From an uncultured Acidobacteriota bacterium (GTDB lineage: Bacteria > Actinomycetota > Acidimicrobiia > Spongiisociales > ZC4RG35): a stretch of 49,095 nucleotides of DNA. The stretch lies in NCBI GenBank assembly GCA_963828465.1, contig CAWHEU010000011.1, positions 1 to 49,095 on the forward strand, given 5' to 3'. Every line of letters begins with the position of its first letter. Position 1 is the first letter of the stretch. This document shows positions 1 to 10,203 of this stretch, piece by piece. Made by a program: the position numbers and the translations under genes. The notes beneath the pieces were generated by a model, which searched no databases, was not told the origin of the DNA, and saw only the letters and a list, made by a program, of their open reading frames with translations.

Positions 1-156
1 CGTTCCGAGGGCCATCGCCAGGAGAGAGGCACCGTCCGGAGAGCCGACAGCGGAGATCAGATCGAACACGACGGCGTAGATCAGGACGACGAATTGCCCG
101 ATGGTGACACTCCGATGGAGGCGGAATTCCCAGGGGGCCGGGACGGAGACCGTCAT
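1..156 (-). CDS. N-terminal part of a probable membrane protein (runs off window start)
   Basis: Open frame MTVSVPAPWEFRLHRSVTIGQFVVLIYAVVFDLISAVG... with a hydrophobic stretch. A minus-strand TAGCCT -10 (169-164) lies 7 nt before the ATG. Confidence 0.45.
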   Translation of the reverse strand, partial: MTVSVPAPWEFRLHRSVTIGQFVVLIYAVVFDLISAVGSPDGASLLAMALGT

Positions 157-181
157 AGGGGCAAGGCTACCGTCGGTGGTG

Positions 182-781
182 ATGAGTTCCTCGGACGGGC
201 GCTGGCTGATCACGGGCGGGATCGGGTCCGGTAAGAGTGAGGTTCGCCGGCTACTGGCGATGCGGGGCATTCACGCCGTCGACACGGACGCCGTGGGTCA
301 TCTCGTTCTGGCTGGTGAAGGATTGGCCCCGGTCGCCGAGCGATGGCCGGACGTCGTCCTCGAAGGCCAGATAGACCGCCAGGCGCTGGCCCGGATCGTT
401 TTTGACGACCCGGGAGAGCTCGAGGTGCTCGAGGCGATCACTCATCCCTTGATCTTCGGCCGAATCGAGGCCGATTTGAAGGGATTTTCCGGTGTTGCAG
501 TCGTCGAGATGCCGTTGCTCGAAACCTCGATCGGCTGGCCGACGATCGTGGTAGATGCCGACGATGAGATGCGTCTGCGTCGGGCCGTACAGCGGGGTAT
601 GAGCGAAATCGATGTGCGCCGCCGAATGGCGTCACAACCCAGCAGGGCAGAGTGGCTGGCGGCCGCCGACTTGGTGGTACCAAATCACGGCGAAATCCGC
701 CATCTGGAGGTGGCGGTGGCACTGCTTGCCGACTATCTCAAGCGGGGATTGCGGACGGATCTTGTCCCAGGCCACCGGTAG
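182..781 (+). CDS. coaE: Dephospho-CoA kinase
   Basis: ITGGIGSGKS Walker A, DTD, IDRQAL and ITHPLI motifs; conserved coaE-uvrB adjacency. Start placed at ATG 182 after TACCGT. Confidence 0.93.
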   Translation: MSSSDGRWLITGGIGSGKSEVRRLLAMRGIHAVDTDAVGHLVLAGEGLAPVAERWPDVVLEGQIDRQALARIVFDDPGELEVLEAITHPLIFGRIEADLKGFSGVAVVEMPLLETSIGWPTIVVDADDEMRLRRAVQRGMSEIDVRRRMASQPSRAEWLAAADLVVPNHGEIRHLEVAVALLADYLKRGLRTDLVPGHR

Positions 782-784
782 CCT
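762..784 (+). promoter_or_regulatory. RecA-NDp/PafBC-like promoter of uvrB (TTGTC-N12-TAGCCT), probably leaderless
   Basis: TGTC 763-766, 12 nt, TAGCCT 779-784, GTG start 6 nt later. Spacing matches the mycobacterial TGTCGG-N10-TANNNT motif, but with CC in place of GG. Confidence 0.55.
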
Positions 785-790
785 CCGACA

Positions 791-2797
791 GTGCCTGAAT
801 TCAAGATCGTGTCCGATTTCGCCCCGGCTGGTGACCAGCCAGCGGCCATCGCGGCCCTGGCCGAGGGGATCAATAGGGGCGACCGCAATCAGACCCTCCT
901 CGGAATCACCGGCTCAGGCAAGTCGGCCACCATCGCCTGGACCATCGAGCAGGTGCAGAGGCCAACGCTGGTGCTCGCACCCAACAAGGCTCTCGCCGCC
1001 CAACTCGCCAACGAGTTCCGACAGTTCTTCCCTCACAACAGGGTGGAGTACTTCGTCTCGTATTACGACTACTACCAACCAGAGGCCTATCTGCCTCAGA
1101 CCGACACCTACATCGAGAAGGACGCCACGATCAACGACGAGATAGACCGCCTCCGTCACTCAGCGACAGCGGGTCTCCTCGTCCGGGACGACGTCATCAT
1201 CGTCGCTTCGGTGTCGGCCATATATGGCTTGGGCTCCCCCGAGCAGTACATGGGCCAGCTCCTCCGATTGGTGCAAGGGGTCGAGTACCCCATGAAGGAT
1301 GCGATTCAACGTTTGGTGAACATCCAGTACGAGCGGAACGAGGTCAACCTCATACGCGGAAAGTTCCGGGTGAAGGGTGACACCCTCGAGGTGTTCCCCT
1401 CATATGAGGAGACCATCGTCCGGGTCCAGTTCTGGGGCGACGAGGTGGAGCGCATCATCAGACTCAATCCGGTGACCGGGGAAGTGGTCGAAGAGCTTTC
1501 CGAGTTGTTCGTTTTCCCCGCCACGCACTATGTCACCGAGCGGGAGCGCATGCTGAAGGCGATCGTCTCGATCGAAGAGGAACTGAAGAATCGTCTCGCC
1601 GAGTTGGAAGGCAAGGGCAAGATGCTCGAGGCGCAGCGTCTCCGCATGCGGACCAACTACGACCTGGAGATGATGCGTGAGGTCGGATTCTGTTCGGGGA
1701 TCGAGAACTACTCACGTCATCTCGACGGGAGGACCGCTGGTGAGGCTCCGTACACGCTCCTCGACTACTTCCCCAAGAACTACCTGACCATCATCGACGA
1801 GTCACATGTGACCGTGCCCCAGATCGGGGGCCAATACGAGGGCGATCACTCCCGGAAGGAGGTCCTCGTCGAGCATGGCTTCCGTCTTCCGTCGGCCAAG
1901 GACAATCGGCCGCTCCGATTCGACGAATGGCTGGATAGGGCGAATCAAATCGTGTTCCTATCGGCCACACCCTCCGACTTCGAGGTCTCTCGCTCGACCC
2001 AGGTCGTGGAGCAGATCATCCGGCCCACCGGTCTCATCGACCCGGAGGTGATGGTCCGACCCACCAAGGGCCAAATCGATGACCTCCTCCACGAGATCAG
2101 GGAACGTGCCCTCCGAGAGCAGAGGGTGCTAGTGACCACGCTGACCAAGAAGATGGCTGAGGACCTGACCGACTATCTGTTGGAGATGGGCGTCCGAGCA
2201 CGATACATGCACTCGGAGATCGACACCCTGGAGCGGGTGCAGATCATGCGGGAGCTTCGACTGGGAGACTTCGACGTCCTGGTTGGTATCAACCTGCTCC
2301 GTGAGGGACTCGACCTGCCCGAAGTGTCACTGGTGGCGATCCTCGACGCCGACAAGGAGGGCTTCCTTCGTTCCGAGACCTCTTTGATCCAGATCATCGG
2401 TAGGGCGGCACGGAATGTGGACGGTCAGGTCGTGATGTATGCAGACAACGTGACCAAGTCCATGAAGCGAGCAATAAACGAGACCAACCGGCGCCGCCAG
2501 GCACAATCTGAGTGGAATGAGGAGCACGGAATAGACCCGCAGACCGTGAGAAAACGGGTGTCCGACATACTGGAATTGGTTCAGTCGGAGGCTCCGAAAG
2601 GCGATAGAAGAAGACGAGAGGTTGAGCCAAGAAAACCGATCGATCTTGAGGGGGACGACCTGACCAGGCTGATCATGAGTCTGGAGGACGAGATGCACGA
2701 GGCGGCCAAGGAACTGCGTTTCGAATACGCCGCCCGCCTGCGGGACGAGATCAACGAGCTACGACGAGAGCTCCGCGAGGTGGCCGAGGCGGGTTGA
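791..2797 (+). CDS. uvrB: Excinuclease ABC subunit B
   Basis: [32 protein letters not shown] and C-terminal UVR motif ([13 protein letters not shown]). Confidence 0.99.
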   Translation: MPEFKIVSDFAPAGDQPAAIAALAEGINRGDRNQTLLGITGSGKSATIAWTIEQVQRPTLVLAPNKALAAQLANEFRQFFPHNRVEYFVSYYDYYQPEAYLPQTDTYIEKDATINDEIDRLRHSATAGLLVRDDVIIVASVSAIYGLGSPEQYMGQLLRLVQGVEYPMKDAIQRLVNIQYERNEVNLIRGKFRVKGDTLEVFPSYEETIVRVQFWGDEVERIIRLNPVTGEVVEELSELFVFPATHYVTERERMLKAIVSIEEELKNRLAELEGKGKMLEAQRLRMRTNYDLEMMREVGFCSGIENYSRHLDGRTAGEAPYTLLDYFPKNYLTIIDESHVTVPQIGGQYEGDHSRKEVLVEHGFRLPSAKDNRPLRFDEWLDRANQIVFLSATPSDFEVSRSTQVVEQIIRPTGLIDPEVMVRPTKGQIDDLLHEIRERALREQRVLVTTLTKKMAEDLTDYLLEMGVRARYMHSEIDTLERVQIMRELRLGDFDVLVGINLLREGLDLPEVSLVAILDADKEGFLRSETSLIQIIGRAARNVDGQVVMYADNVTKSMKRAINETNRRRQAQSEWNEEHGIDPQTVRKRVSDILELVQSEAPKGDRRRREVEPRKPIDLEGDDLTRLIMSLEDEMHEAAKELRFEYAARLRDEINELRRELREVAEAG

Positions 2798-2805
2798 ATC
2801 GGCCC

Positions 2806-3543
2806 TTATCCGGGCAATCCGGCCGGGCGAGCGCAGAGGAACATCAGGTGGCTCGCCACCGTCGGCCATGTATTCACTACAAGTGTGCGGAGCTTGGAAT
2901 CAGCCGGAACGATCTTCTGAACCCTATTCTCGAAAGGCCCGTACAAGACTGCCCCGCGCTCTTCGATTATCTCGAGGCCCACATCGCGGATTGCCGCCCT
3001 CGCCGACTCGAGGGTGTACTCCCGGTCGTGGTCCGGGTCCATGAACACTGGTCGGCGGCGTACGAGCGGCGGGCCCGGTTTCTCAGCTGGTGGATGTTTG
3101 GGACCGTGATGAGGATCCGGCCGTTCCGGTTGGTAAGGGCGATCGCGGCCTCGAGCATCTCTCGCGTCTCAAGCTCGGGCACGTGCTCCAGTACCTCGGA
3201 GATGATGGTGATATCAGCCCACTCGGCTGGGAGGTCGAGATCCTCGACCCGACCCAGGATGTAGCTGAAGCTCGGCCGATTCTGGTCTGCCCATCGGCTG
3301 GCGGTCTCGATCTCGTCCTCGCCGATGTCGACTCCCACCAGAGTCGCTGAAGAGGGAAGAAGTCGATCGAAAATCCCATGCCCGCACCCGATCTCAAGGA
3401 TTTGGTCTCCTGCGAGGCCGAACGAGCATCTGAAGAATCCCCGCGTAACGGAGATATATCCCCTCGCCGCGGTACCCGATGGCCTGCCCTGCTAGGCGCG
3501 CCTCGTCCAACTGACCCGAGGATGGCAATTCGATCCTCGTCAC
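2806..3543 (-). pseudogene. Class I SAM-dependent methyltransferase split by two frameshifts (pseudogene or sequencing error)
   Basis: GTG 3543 overlaps the ATP-grasp stop. After a shift near 3417 the frame reads ILEIGCGHG...GVDI...SEVLEHVP...GRILITVPN. A second shift near 3050 leads into FMDPDHDREYT... Confidence 0.75.
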
Positions 3544-4487
3544 CGGTAGAAATGCTCTTCCCAGTATCGAATCATCTGCAGACCGGGCTCGAAGGTGAGC
3601 GATTGCTCGGCCAGTCGCTCCGGTTGAAACGCACTCAGCCATTGGAGGAACGGAAATGGAACCCCGGCGGCTATCGAAAGGGAAACCCCGGTCCCGTAGC
3701 GTGGATTCAGCTCTATGAATCTCAGCTGACCATCACCTTCTCGGATGACCTGAAGGCATGCAACCTCGGTTGTTTGGAAGGCTAATGCTGTCGACCTGGC
3801 GAACTGGAGAAGATCGGCATCGTCAACCGTCTCGCCGAAAACCATCTGACCGTCGCGGACTCGCCGGCGCCGCCTCGGCACTGCGACGAACAACTCCGAC
3901 CGTGGATCCCCCCACATGTCGATTGAGTACTCAGGTCCAACTATGAATCGCTGCCAGATCATCGGGCCGTCGCCTTCAGGAGCGTGGTCTCCTGGTGTCG
4001 CCAGCACGACTGAGCCTCTCGATCCGGTCCCGTGCACCGGCTTGCCAATGATCGGATATGCGTCAGCGGGCGCGTCCTGAGGGTGTGTCCAATCCTCTGG
4101 CTGGCGTATTCCGGACTCCTGGCAGTGCTCTGAAGCCTTGCGCTTGTTCAGTGCACGCGTCGTCACCTCGGGAGCGTCTATCGCCACGGTGATCCCGTGA
4201 TCGGCATATGAGCTACGCGCTTCTCCCAATACCGGGACTTCGAGGTCGAGGATTGGAATGACCAAATCAATCGAATGAGCCAAGGCGATTTCCAGCACGA
4301 CCGCGCTGAAATCCGGGCTACTGGCAGGCGGCACGAGCACCGCTTCATCAGCGAGGTGGAAGCCGGCGGAATCGCGCGTCATATCGACAGCCACGACATG
4401 TGCCTTCTCAGTCTGGGGCAGCCGCTTGATGGCTTTGATCACTGAGATCGCCGGCCCGGCCCCTGCAGCTGTGACGAGAAACCTCAT
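3540..4487 (-). CDS. ATP-grasp domain protein (carbamoyl-phosphate synthase-like type common in polysaccharide loci)
   Basis: LVTAAG N-terminus, KPVHGTGSRG, QRFIVGPEYSID, FIELNPRYG motifs. Confidence 0.85.
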   Translation of the reverse strand: MRFLVTAAGAGPAISVIKAIKRLPQTEKAHVVAVDMTRDSAGFHLADEAVLVPPASSPDFSAVVLEIALAHSIDLVIPILDLEVPVLGEARSSYADHGITVAIDAPEVTTRALNKRKASEHCQESGIRQPEDWTHPQDAPADAYPIIGKPVHGTGSRGSVVLATPGDHAPEGDGPMIWQRFIVGPEYSIDMWGDPRSELFVAVPRRRRRVRDGQMVFGETVDDADLLQFARSTALAFQTTEVACLQVIREGDGQLRFIELNPRYGTGVSLSIAAGVPFPFLQWLSAFQPERLAEQSLTFEPGLQMIRYWEEHFYR

Positions 4488-4508
4488 AGGCGTGCCGACA
4501 ACTCGCCG

Positions 4509-5294
4509 TCACTCACTTTCGAACCCCGGAGTTACGGTGGCCCGAAGCCATGGTTGGATCATGTGCCACCAGTCCGCTCCAGGGCTGATCTTGGTGTAGC
4601 TGCCGGAAGCGGGATAGCGCATCGTTGTGGGCACCTCGATCGCCCGCAGGGTCGAATCCCTCAAGACCTTGGCGTAGATGTAGTACTCGAGCCCATAGGT
4701 CATCAGCCAATCAGCATGCCAGTCGAAACGAGCTCGCCCCAGCAGGTCCAATTTGAACGCCCTGAAACCATTGGTTGCGTCGGTGAGTACGGCTCCCGTG
4801 GTCAGTCGGGCGAGGAGATTCACAAATGGAATTGTGCGACGCCGGAATGCAGGCAGATTCGGACTCGAGCCGCCGGGGAGGAAGCGACTCCCGGTCACGT
4901 AATCCGCAGCGTTTGACTGAAGGGGGGCGAGCAGCCGCGGTATCTCTGCTGCCAGCATCTTCCCATTGGCGGCCATAGTGCCGAAATACCGATAATCACG
5001 GGCCATAGCCCATTCCAAGGCGAGCCGATAACTGAGCCCGATGCCTTTATTCACTTCCACGTCTATATAGGGATGGCCAGATCCATGGACCATGTCAGCC
5101 GAACCATCCGTCGAACCGTTGTTCACGAGCAGGTAGTCGACTGTGGCCAACGACGCCGCATTGATCTCCTCCAGAACGAGCGGCAGTTCCTGGACTTGGT
5201 CGTAGATCGGCAAGAAGATGACGCATCTGTCAGCCGTGGATCCTGGACGAAGGCTTTCGCGCGAATTGGGTTCGGGCATGTTGCTGTCCATCAT
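4509..5294 (-). CDS. GT2 glycosyltransferase, polyprenol-phosphate sugar synthase-like
   Basis: LPIYDQ, VNNGSTDGS, NKGIG, DYVTGSRF, TDATNGFRA. The usual DxD appears as MAANG. The true start may be ATG 5279. Confidence 0.88.
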   Translation of the reverse strand: MMDSNMPEPNSRESLRPGSTADRCVIFLPIYDQVQELPLVLEEINAASLATVDYLLVNNGSTDGSADMVHGSGHPYIDVEVNKGIGLSYRLALEWAMARDYRYFGTMAANGKMLAAEIPRLLAPLQSNAADYVTGSRFLPGGSSPNLPAFRRRTIPFVNLLARLTTGAVLTDATNGFRAFKLDLLGRARFDWHADWLMTYGLEYYIYAKVLRDSTLRAIEVPTTMRYPASGSYTKISPGADWWHMIQPWLRATVTPGFESE

Positions 5295-5351
5295 CGGCCG
5301 GGAAACACGGCTGCTAAATCTGTGGCAGGGCGGGGACGATAGGGGAACTCA

Positions 5352-6381
5352 ATGAGCATCGGAATGGCAATCGTGGGAGCCGGTCGATGGGGTCCCCACC
5401 TCATCCGCAACTTCGCGACCGATCCACGGAGTTCGGTTGAGTGGATTGTCGATGTCGATCCCACTAGACGGGAACTCGTTGCGGAGCGGTTCCCGGGCAT
5501 AAGGGTCACCGGGGATATCGCTGAGCCCCTCGAGGGACTCAACAGTCCACGCTTTCGTGGTGGCTACCCCGAGCAGCACCCATTTTCAGGTCGTGAAGTC
5601 TGCCGTTGATGCCGGGAAACATGTTCTTGTCGAGAAACCACTCGCAACCAACCTGGGAGATGCTCTCGAGCTCGATCGACGAGCTGGAGAACAGGGTGTC
5701 GTGCTGATGGTCGGCCACGTTTTCCTTTTCAATCCTGCCATACGTGCTGTCGGAGAGATCATTCGATCGGGTGGCCTGGGGCAGGTTCATTACCTATCGA
5801 TGCTTCGGACCAACTTGGGTCCTGTTCGATCGGACACCAATGCTGCATGGGATTTAGCCTCCCACGACGTCTCAATCGCCAACTACTGGTTGGATTCTGT
5901 TCCCGAAGTCGTTTCCGCCAACGGAGGCAGCTTTCTCAACGCGGGGATAGAGGATGTGGTGTTTGGGACTCTGCGGTACCCGGATGGCGTGTTAGTCCAT
6001 ATCCACGCTTCGTGGTTGAACCCACGGAAATCTCGATTCATAACCGCCGTCGGATCGGATCAAATGCTGACGGTCAACGATATGGACATCACGGAGCCCA
6101 TTCGGATCTACGACAAGGGCGTGGCCAAAAACGAGTTTGCACCGGACCTGATCCAGGACACATACGCTCAATTCCGCTCGCAGATTCGCGACGGTCAAGT
6201 GACGATTCCTGTCGTGAGTGCGGGGGAGCCTCTTGCCGCAGAATGTTCCTCGTTCCTGGATAGGGTCGCCGGAGGACCTGAACGGGTCTCTGACGGGAGA
6301 AGCGGGGTGGATGTAGTGAGGGTATTGACGGCCATGGACCGATCCATGCAGCTCAAGGCAGCGGAGACTTCAGTTGTCTGA
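5352..6381 (+). CDS. Gfo/Idh/MocA family NAD-dependent oxidoreductase (one frameshift near 5535)
   Basis: IVGAGRWG in the first frame; VATPSSTH, HVLVEKPLA, GHVFLFNP, WDLASHD in the second. Removing one G from GGG at 5534-5536 joins the two frames. Confidence 0.85.
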
Positions 6382-7489
6382 ATCGCGGCACATTCCCCTC
6401 GTTGACCTCGCCTGGCAGCATGCGCAGATCGAGGAGGAAATCCGCGAGGGCTGGGACCAGGTGTTGGCGGACACATCGTTCATCCTCGGCAAGCCTGTCG
6501 ACCAGTTCGAAGACGCGTTCGCTCGGTTTTCAGGAGTGGAGTACTGCGTCGGTGTCGCGAACGGAACGGATGCCCTGGAACTGGCGCTCAGAGCCATAGG
6601 TGTCGAGCCCGGCGACGAGGTGATCCTTCCAGCCAACACATTCATTGCTACGGCGCTCGCAGTTTCTCGAGTAGGAGCCACCCCGAGACTTGCCGACTGC
6701 GATCCCGGGACGTTCTTGCTCACTCCGGAATCCGTCGATCAGGCGCTCACAAGCCGGACCAAGGCAATCATCCCAGTGCATCTGTTCGGTCAGATGGCCC
6801 CGATTCAAGAGATCCAAGCCGCCTATCCCGACATTTCGATTGTCGAGGACGGGGCACAGTCGCAAGGAGCGACTCGTCACGGTGAGCATTCAGGATCGGT
6901 CGGGCACGTCGGTGCCACTTCCTTCTACCCGGGGAAGAACATCGGGGCATATGGGGACGGCGGCGCTGTTCTCACCAACGACGAGGACACGTACTTTCAG
7001 GTCAGAGCTCTCCGCAATTGGGGAAGCGATGAGAAGTACCTACATCCCATCAAGGGATTCAACAGCCGCCTCGATACGCTTCAAGCGGTCGTGTTGAGCG
7101 CGAAGCTCGCCCATCTGAGCGATTGGAACGAGGCGCGCCGTGTGGCCGCAAGTCGATACGACGAGCTTCTCGTGGACTTTCCATTGGAATTGCCTGTGAC
7201 AGCTCCGGACAACTCCCACGTATGGCACCTATACGTGGTCCTCGTCGATCAACGGGACGCTGTCCTCCAGAAGCTTCACTCAGAAGGAGTCGGCGCCGGG
7301 GTGCACTACCCGATTCCCATCCATCTGCAGGGGGCATACCGAGACCTGGAGCACCGCTCGGGTGACTTTCCGGTGGCTGAGAATCTTGCCAACCGTGTCC
7401 TCTCGCTTCCGATGCACCCTGGAATTCGACCGGACGATCAGGAGAGGGTTGCGAGTGTCCTCAGGGCCGCCCTACGTGGTCAGAGCTGA
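6374..7489 (+). CDS. DegT/DnrJ/EryC1/StrS family PLP-dependent sugar aminotransferase
   Basis: VANGTDAL, PVHLFGQ, EDGAQSQG, SFYPGKNIGAYGDGG, NSRLDTLQA. Confidence 0.96.
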   Translation: MSESRHIPLVDLAWQHAQIEEEIREGWDQVLADTSFILGKPVDQFEDAFARFSGVEYCVGVANGTDALELALRAIGVEPGDEVILPANTFIATALAVSRVGATPRLADCDPGTFLLTPESVDQALTSRTKAIIPVHLFGQMAPIQEIQAAYPDISIVEDGAQSQGATRHGEHSGSVGHVGATSFYPGKNIGAYGDGGAVLTNDEDTYFQVRALRNWGSDEKYLHPIKGFNSRLDTLQAVVLSAKLAHLSDWNEARRVAASRYDELLVDFPLELPVTAPDNSHVWHLYVVLVDQRDAVLQKLHSEGVGAGVHYPIPIHLQGAYRDLEHRSGDFPVAENLANRVLSLPMHPGIRPDDQERVASVLRAALRGQS

Positions 7490-7518
7490 TCTCACCAGCG
7501 GTCCGACCGAACAAGATC

Positions 7519-8706
7519 TCAGACTTCGCTTTGACTCAGAGGCTTCGCCGTTGTGCGGGCCAGTAATGCCCCGAACGCGAGTGCGACCGACCAGGAAAAG
7601 GTGTCGATGAGTCCCGGCTGTGCGACCAGGAACAGAAGCAAAGCACAGCTTCCCGCAACGTAGCGAACCGCTCGCCGCGACGATACCGCGAGACATCCAG
7701 CGAGAAACGGATAGAGCAGCACGCCGTAGTGGGACCAGGACAACGGTGAGAGAAGCAAACCGATCGCGGCACACACGGCGGTCGCCATCACCAAATCACG
7801 AGACGAGTCACTGGCCAGTCGGCCTACCGACCAGGCAGCCAACGTCCCAAGCGATATCAAGAGCAGTGTGAACCACGTCTCCTGAACGCCGAGGCGGGCA
7901 AAGAGACCTATCAGCGAGGCATTCTGTTCAAGTGGTATTGCATTCGATGCGACCGATGTCAGCGCCTCGAGAGCGTCGCGCGGACTGATGCCGAGAATTA
8001 GTACCCCAGCGAGATTCGCCAGCACGAGAGTGACAGCGGCCCAGACAACCAGCCGGTATCGGCGAGCGGCCATGAGTGTGACGAGCAGTATTCCCGGGAA
8101 CAGCTTGAGGCCAGTCGCAAGGCCTAAACCGACGCCAGCGGCCCTGGACAAGCGCTCGTGGAGCAGATGAAACACGAGAAGGGCGGTTGCGACGGCCAGG
8201 AGCGTCGAGTGTGAACCCCAATAGAAGGTCTGTATCGCAGGTCGACCGAGGATGATCAGGAGCGGGGCCAAAGCTGCGATCGCTGGGCTGGTGCGCCACG
8301 CGGTGGCTGCGACGAAGATGGCGACGCCCGTGATGACCACAAGGTTGAACCAGAACATGACCACGGGAACCCTGTCGTACTCGACTAGGGAGATCGGAAG
8401 GAGGAGAAACAGGGCTCCGGGCGTCCGCGCCGCGGGGGCGTAGTCAGGGTCCTCTCCCGCATAACCGAATTCGAAGTCCACGCCGTATCTAGTCGCGAGT
8501 TCACGGATATCGGTGTAGGGCGACAATCCGTCGAGGGTGGCTCTAACGGCCAGCCAATCACCTTGACTGTCCGTCGAGCTCTTCTCGAGACCCCCAAAGA
8601 GGCGTATGGCGATCAACCAGCTAGCGAGAAACATCGTTACAACGAGCAGGAGCCAGAGGAGAGTCCTCCGTCTGTTCGGACCCACACCTTCTTCAGTCAC
8701 AGTCAC
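7519..8706 (-). CDS. GT87-like (GT-C) polytopic membrane glycosyltransferase
   Basis: About 10 TM segments; D..GD...GLSPY first loop; LATGLKLFP and LLSPLSWSHY motifs typical of GT87/DUF2029. Confidence 0.75.
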   Translation of the reverse strand: MTVTEEGVGPNRRRTLLWLLLVVTMFLASWLIAIRLFGGLEKSSTDSQGDWLAVRATLDGLSPYTDIRELATRYGVDFEFGYAGEDPDYAPAARTPGALFLLLPISLVEYDRVPVVMFWFNLVVITGVAIFVAATAWRTSPAIAALAPLLIILGRPAIQTFYWGSHSTLLAVATALLVFHLLHERLSRAAGVGLGLATGLKLFPGILLVTLMAARRYRLVVWAAVTLVLANLAGVLILGISPRDALEALTSVASNAIPLEQNASLIGLFARLGVQETWFTLLLISLGTLAAWSVGRLASDSSRDLVMATAVCAAIGLLLSPLSWSHYGVLLYPFLAGCLAVSSRRAVRYVAGSCALLLFLVAQPGLIDTFSWSVALAFGALLARTTAKPLSQSEV

Positions 8707-8811
8707 ACGTCAGAAGGCATTCGACTCGCGATGGCGAAGACACTTGGATCCGTGGAGCAATAATTACCAACTGCAGAGCAAGGCTCAGAGGTCCGATATG
8801 TCTTGCGCAAC

Positions 8812-10203
8812 ATGGTGACAAAGTTATCCGTCCTGATGCCCGTCTACAACGAGTCGCGCACCTTGCGCACCATTGTTGAACGCGTCCTGGCCTCGCCGGT
8901 CGACTGCGAGATCGAATTGGTCTGCGTCGACGATTGCTCTCGTGACAACTCTCTCGAGATCCTCCGCGAGTTGGCCACACGCGACGACAGGATCAAGGTC
9001 ATCGCCCAACCCGTCAACATGGGCAAAGGAAAGGCCATCCGGACAGCGATCGACAATATGACCGGGGACATCGGCATCATCCAGGATGCCGACCTCGAAT
9101 ACGACCCCGAGGATTACCCGAGGGTCATCCGCCCATTGCTCGACGGCAAGGCTGATGCCGTCTTTGGCTCGCGATTCGCCTCGAGCGAGGTGCGGAGGGT
9201 CCTCTTCTTTTGGCATGCCCTCGGTAATCGGGTCTTGACGATGTTCTCGAACATGGCCAACGACCTGAACCTGACCGACATGGAGACCTGCTACAAGGCA
9301 GTCCGGGGCGACGTACTGAAGCGACTTCGTTTGACGTCGGACCGTTTCGGCCTGGAGCCCGAACTGACCGCCCGGCTGGCGCAATGGGGTGCACGGATCT
9401 ACGAGGTCCCGATCAGCTATCACGGACGTACCTACGCGGAGGGCAAGAACATCGGATGGCGCGATGGTGTCGAAGCGATTTGGCTCATCTTCAAGTTCAG
9501 GTTCCTCGACACGAGAGCAACCGACGAGGCGTCAGTGGTGACGAGGCAATCGCTGGGCCGCGCCACCCGCTTCCGCAAATGGTCGTTGGAGCGATTCGGA
9601 GATCATCTCGGGCAGCGGGTCATTGAGGTGAACGCCGGGCCCGGGCATTCGACGTCCCACCTGATCGATCGGGAGATTCTGCTCGTGACCGACACTGACC
9701 CGGTCCATGTGGAGACCTTGCGTCGCCGGTTCGGTCGGCTCGAAAACGTCGATGTCCGCCTCCACGATTTTCAGATTCACTCGACGGAGCCTGATGGATT
9801 TGACACGGCCATTTTGTTCGACGGGCTGCAACGCGCCGCTGAACCGAAGACCCTTCTGGAAAGTGTCGCCGGGGCAATCGAGTCGGGGGGCAAGGTATTG
9901 ATCCAGGTGCCCGCAGATCCCGGACTATTTGGGGAGACCGACCGCGCTGCTGGTCATGTCCGTCGCTTCGACCAGGTTGATGTCGAGGACCTGGTACGAG
10001 CCGCTGGGCTGCAGCTTGTAATGCTCGAGCCTTTCAATCGTCTCGGGGTTGTTGGCTGGCGTCTGCAGAACGGGCTGGGGAGTCGTGGGATCTCGCCCGC
10101 CAGCGCTCGTGCTTTCGATCTCTTGGTTCCGCTGGCCAGGCGGCTGGACTCCGCCGGGATCGGCTATGGGCTCAGCTGGCTCGCCGTCGCCCAGGTTCCA
10201 TGA
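8812..10203 (+). CDS. Bifunctional GT2 glycosyltransferase / C-terminal methyltransferase-like domain
   Basis: MPVYNE, VDDCSRD, NMGKGKA, QDADLEYDP, TDMETCYK. The C-terminal domain has VIEVNAGPG and GHVRRF. Confidence 0.9.
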   Translation: MVTKLSVLMPVYNESRTLRTIVERVLASPVDCEIELVCVDDCSRDNSLEILRELATRDDRIKVIAQPVNMGKGKAIRTAIDNMTGDIGIIQDADLEYDPEDYPRVIRPLLDGKADAVFGSRFASSEVRRVLFFWHALGNRVLTMFSNMANDLNLTDMETCYKAVRGDVLKRLRLTSDRFGLEPELTARLAQWGARIYEVPISYHGRTYAEGKNIGWRDGVEAIWLIFKFRFLDTRATDEASVVTRQSLGRATRFRKWSLERFGDHLGQRVIEVNAGPGHSTSHLIDREILLVTDTDPVHVETLRRRFGRLENVDVRLHDFQIHSTEPDGFDTAILFDGLQRAAEPKTLLESVAGAIESGGKVLIQVPADPGLFGETDRAAGHVRRFDQVDVEDLVRAAGLQLVMLEPFNRLGVVGWRLQNGLGSRGISPASARAFDLLVPLARRLDSAGIGYGLSWLAVAQVP

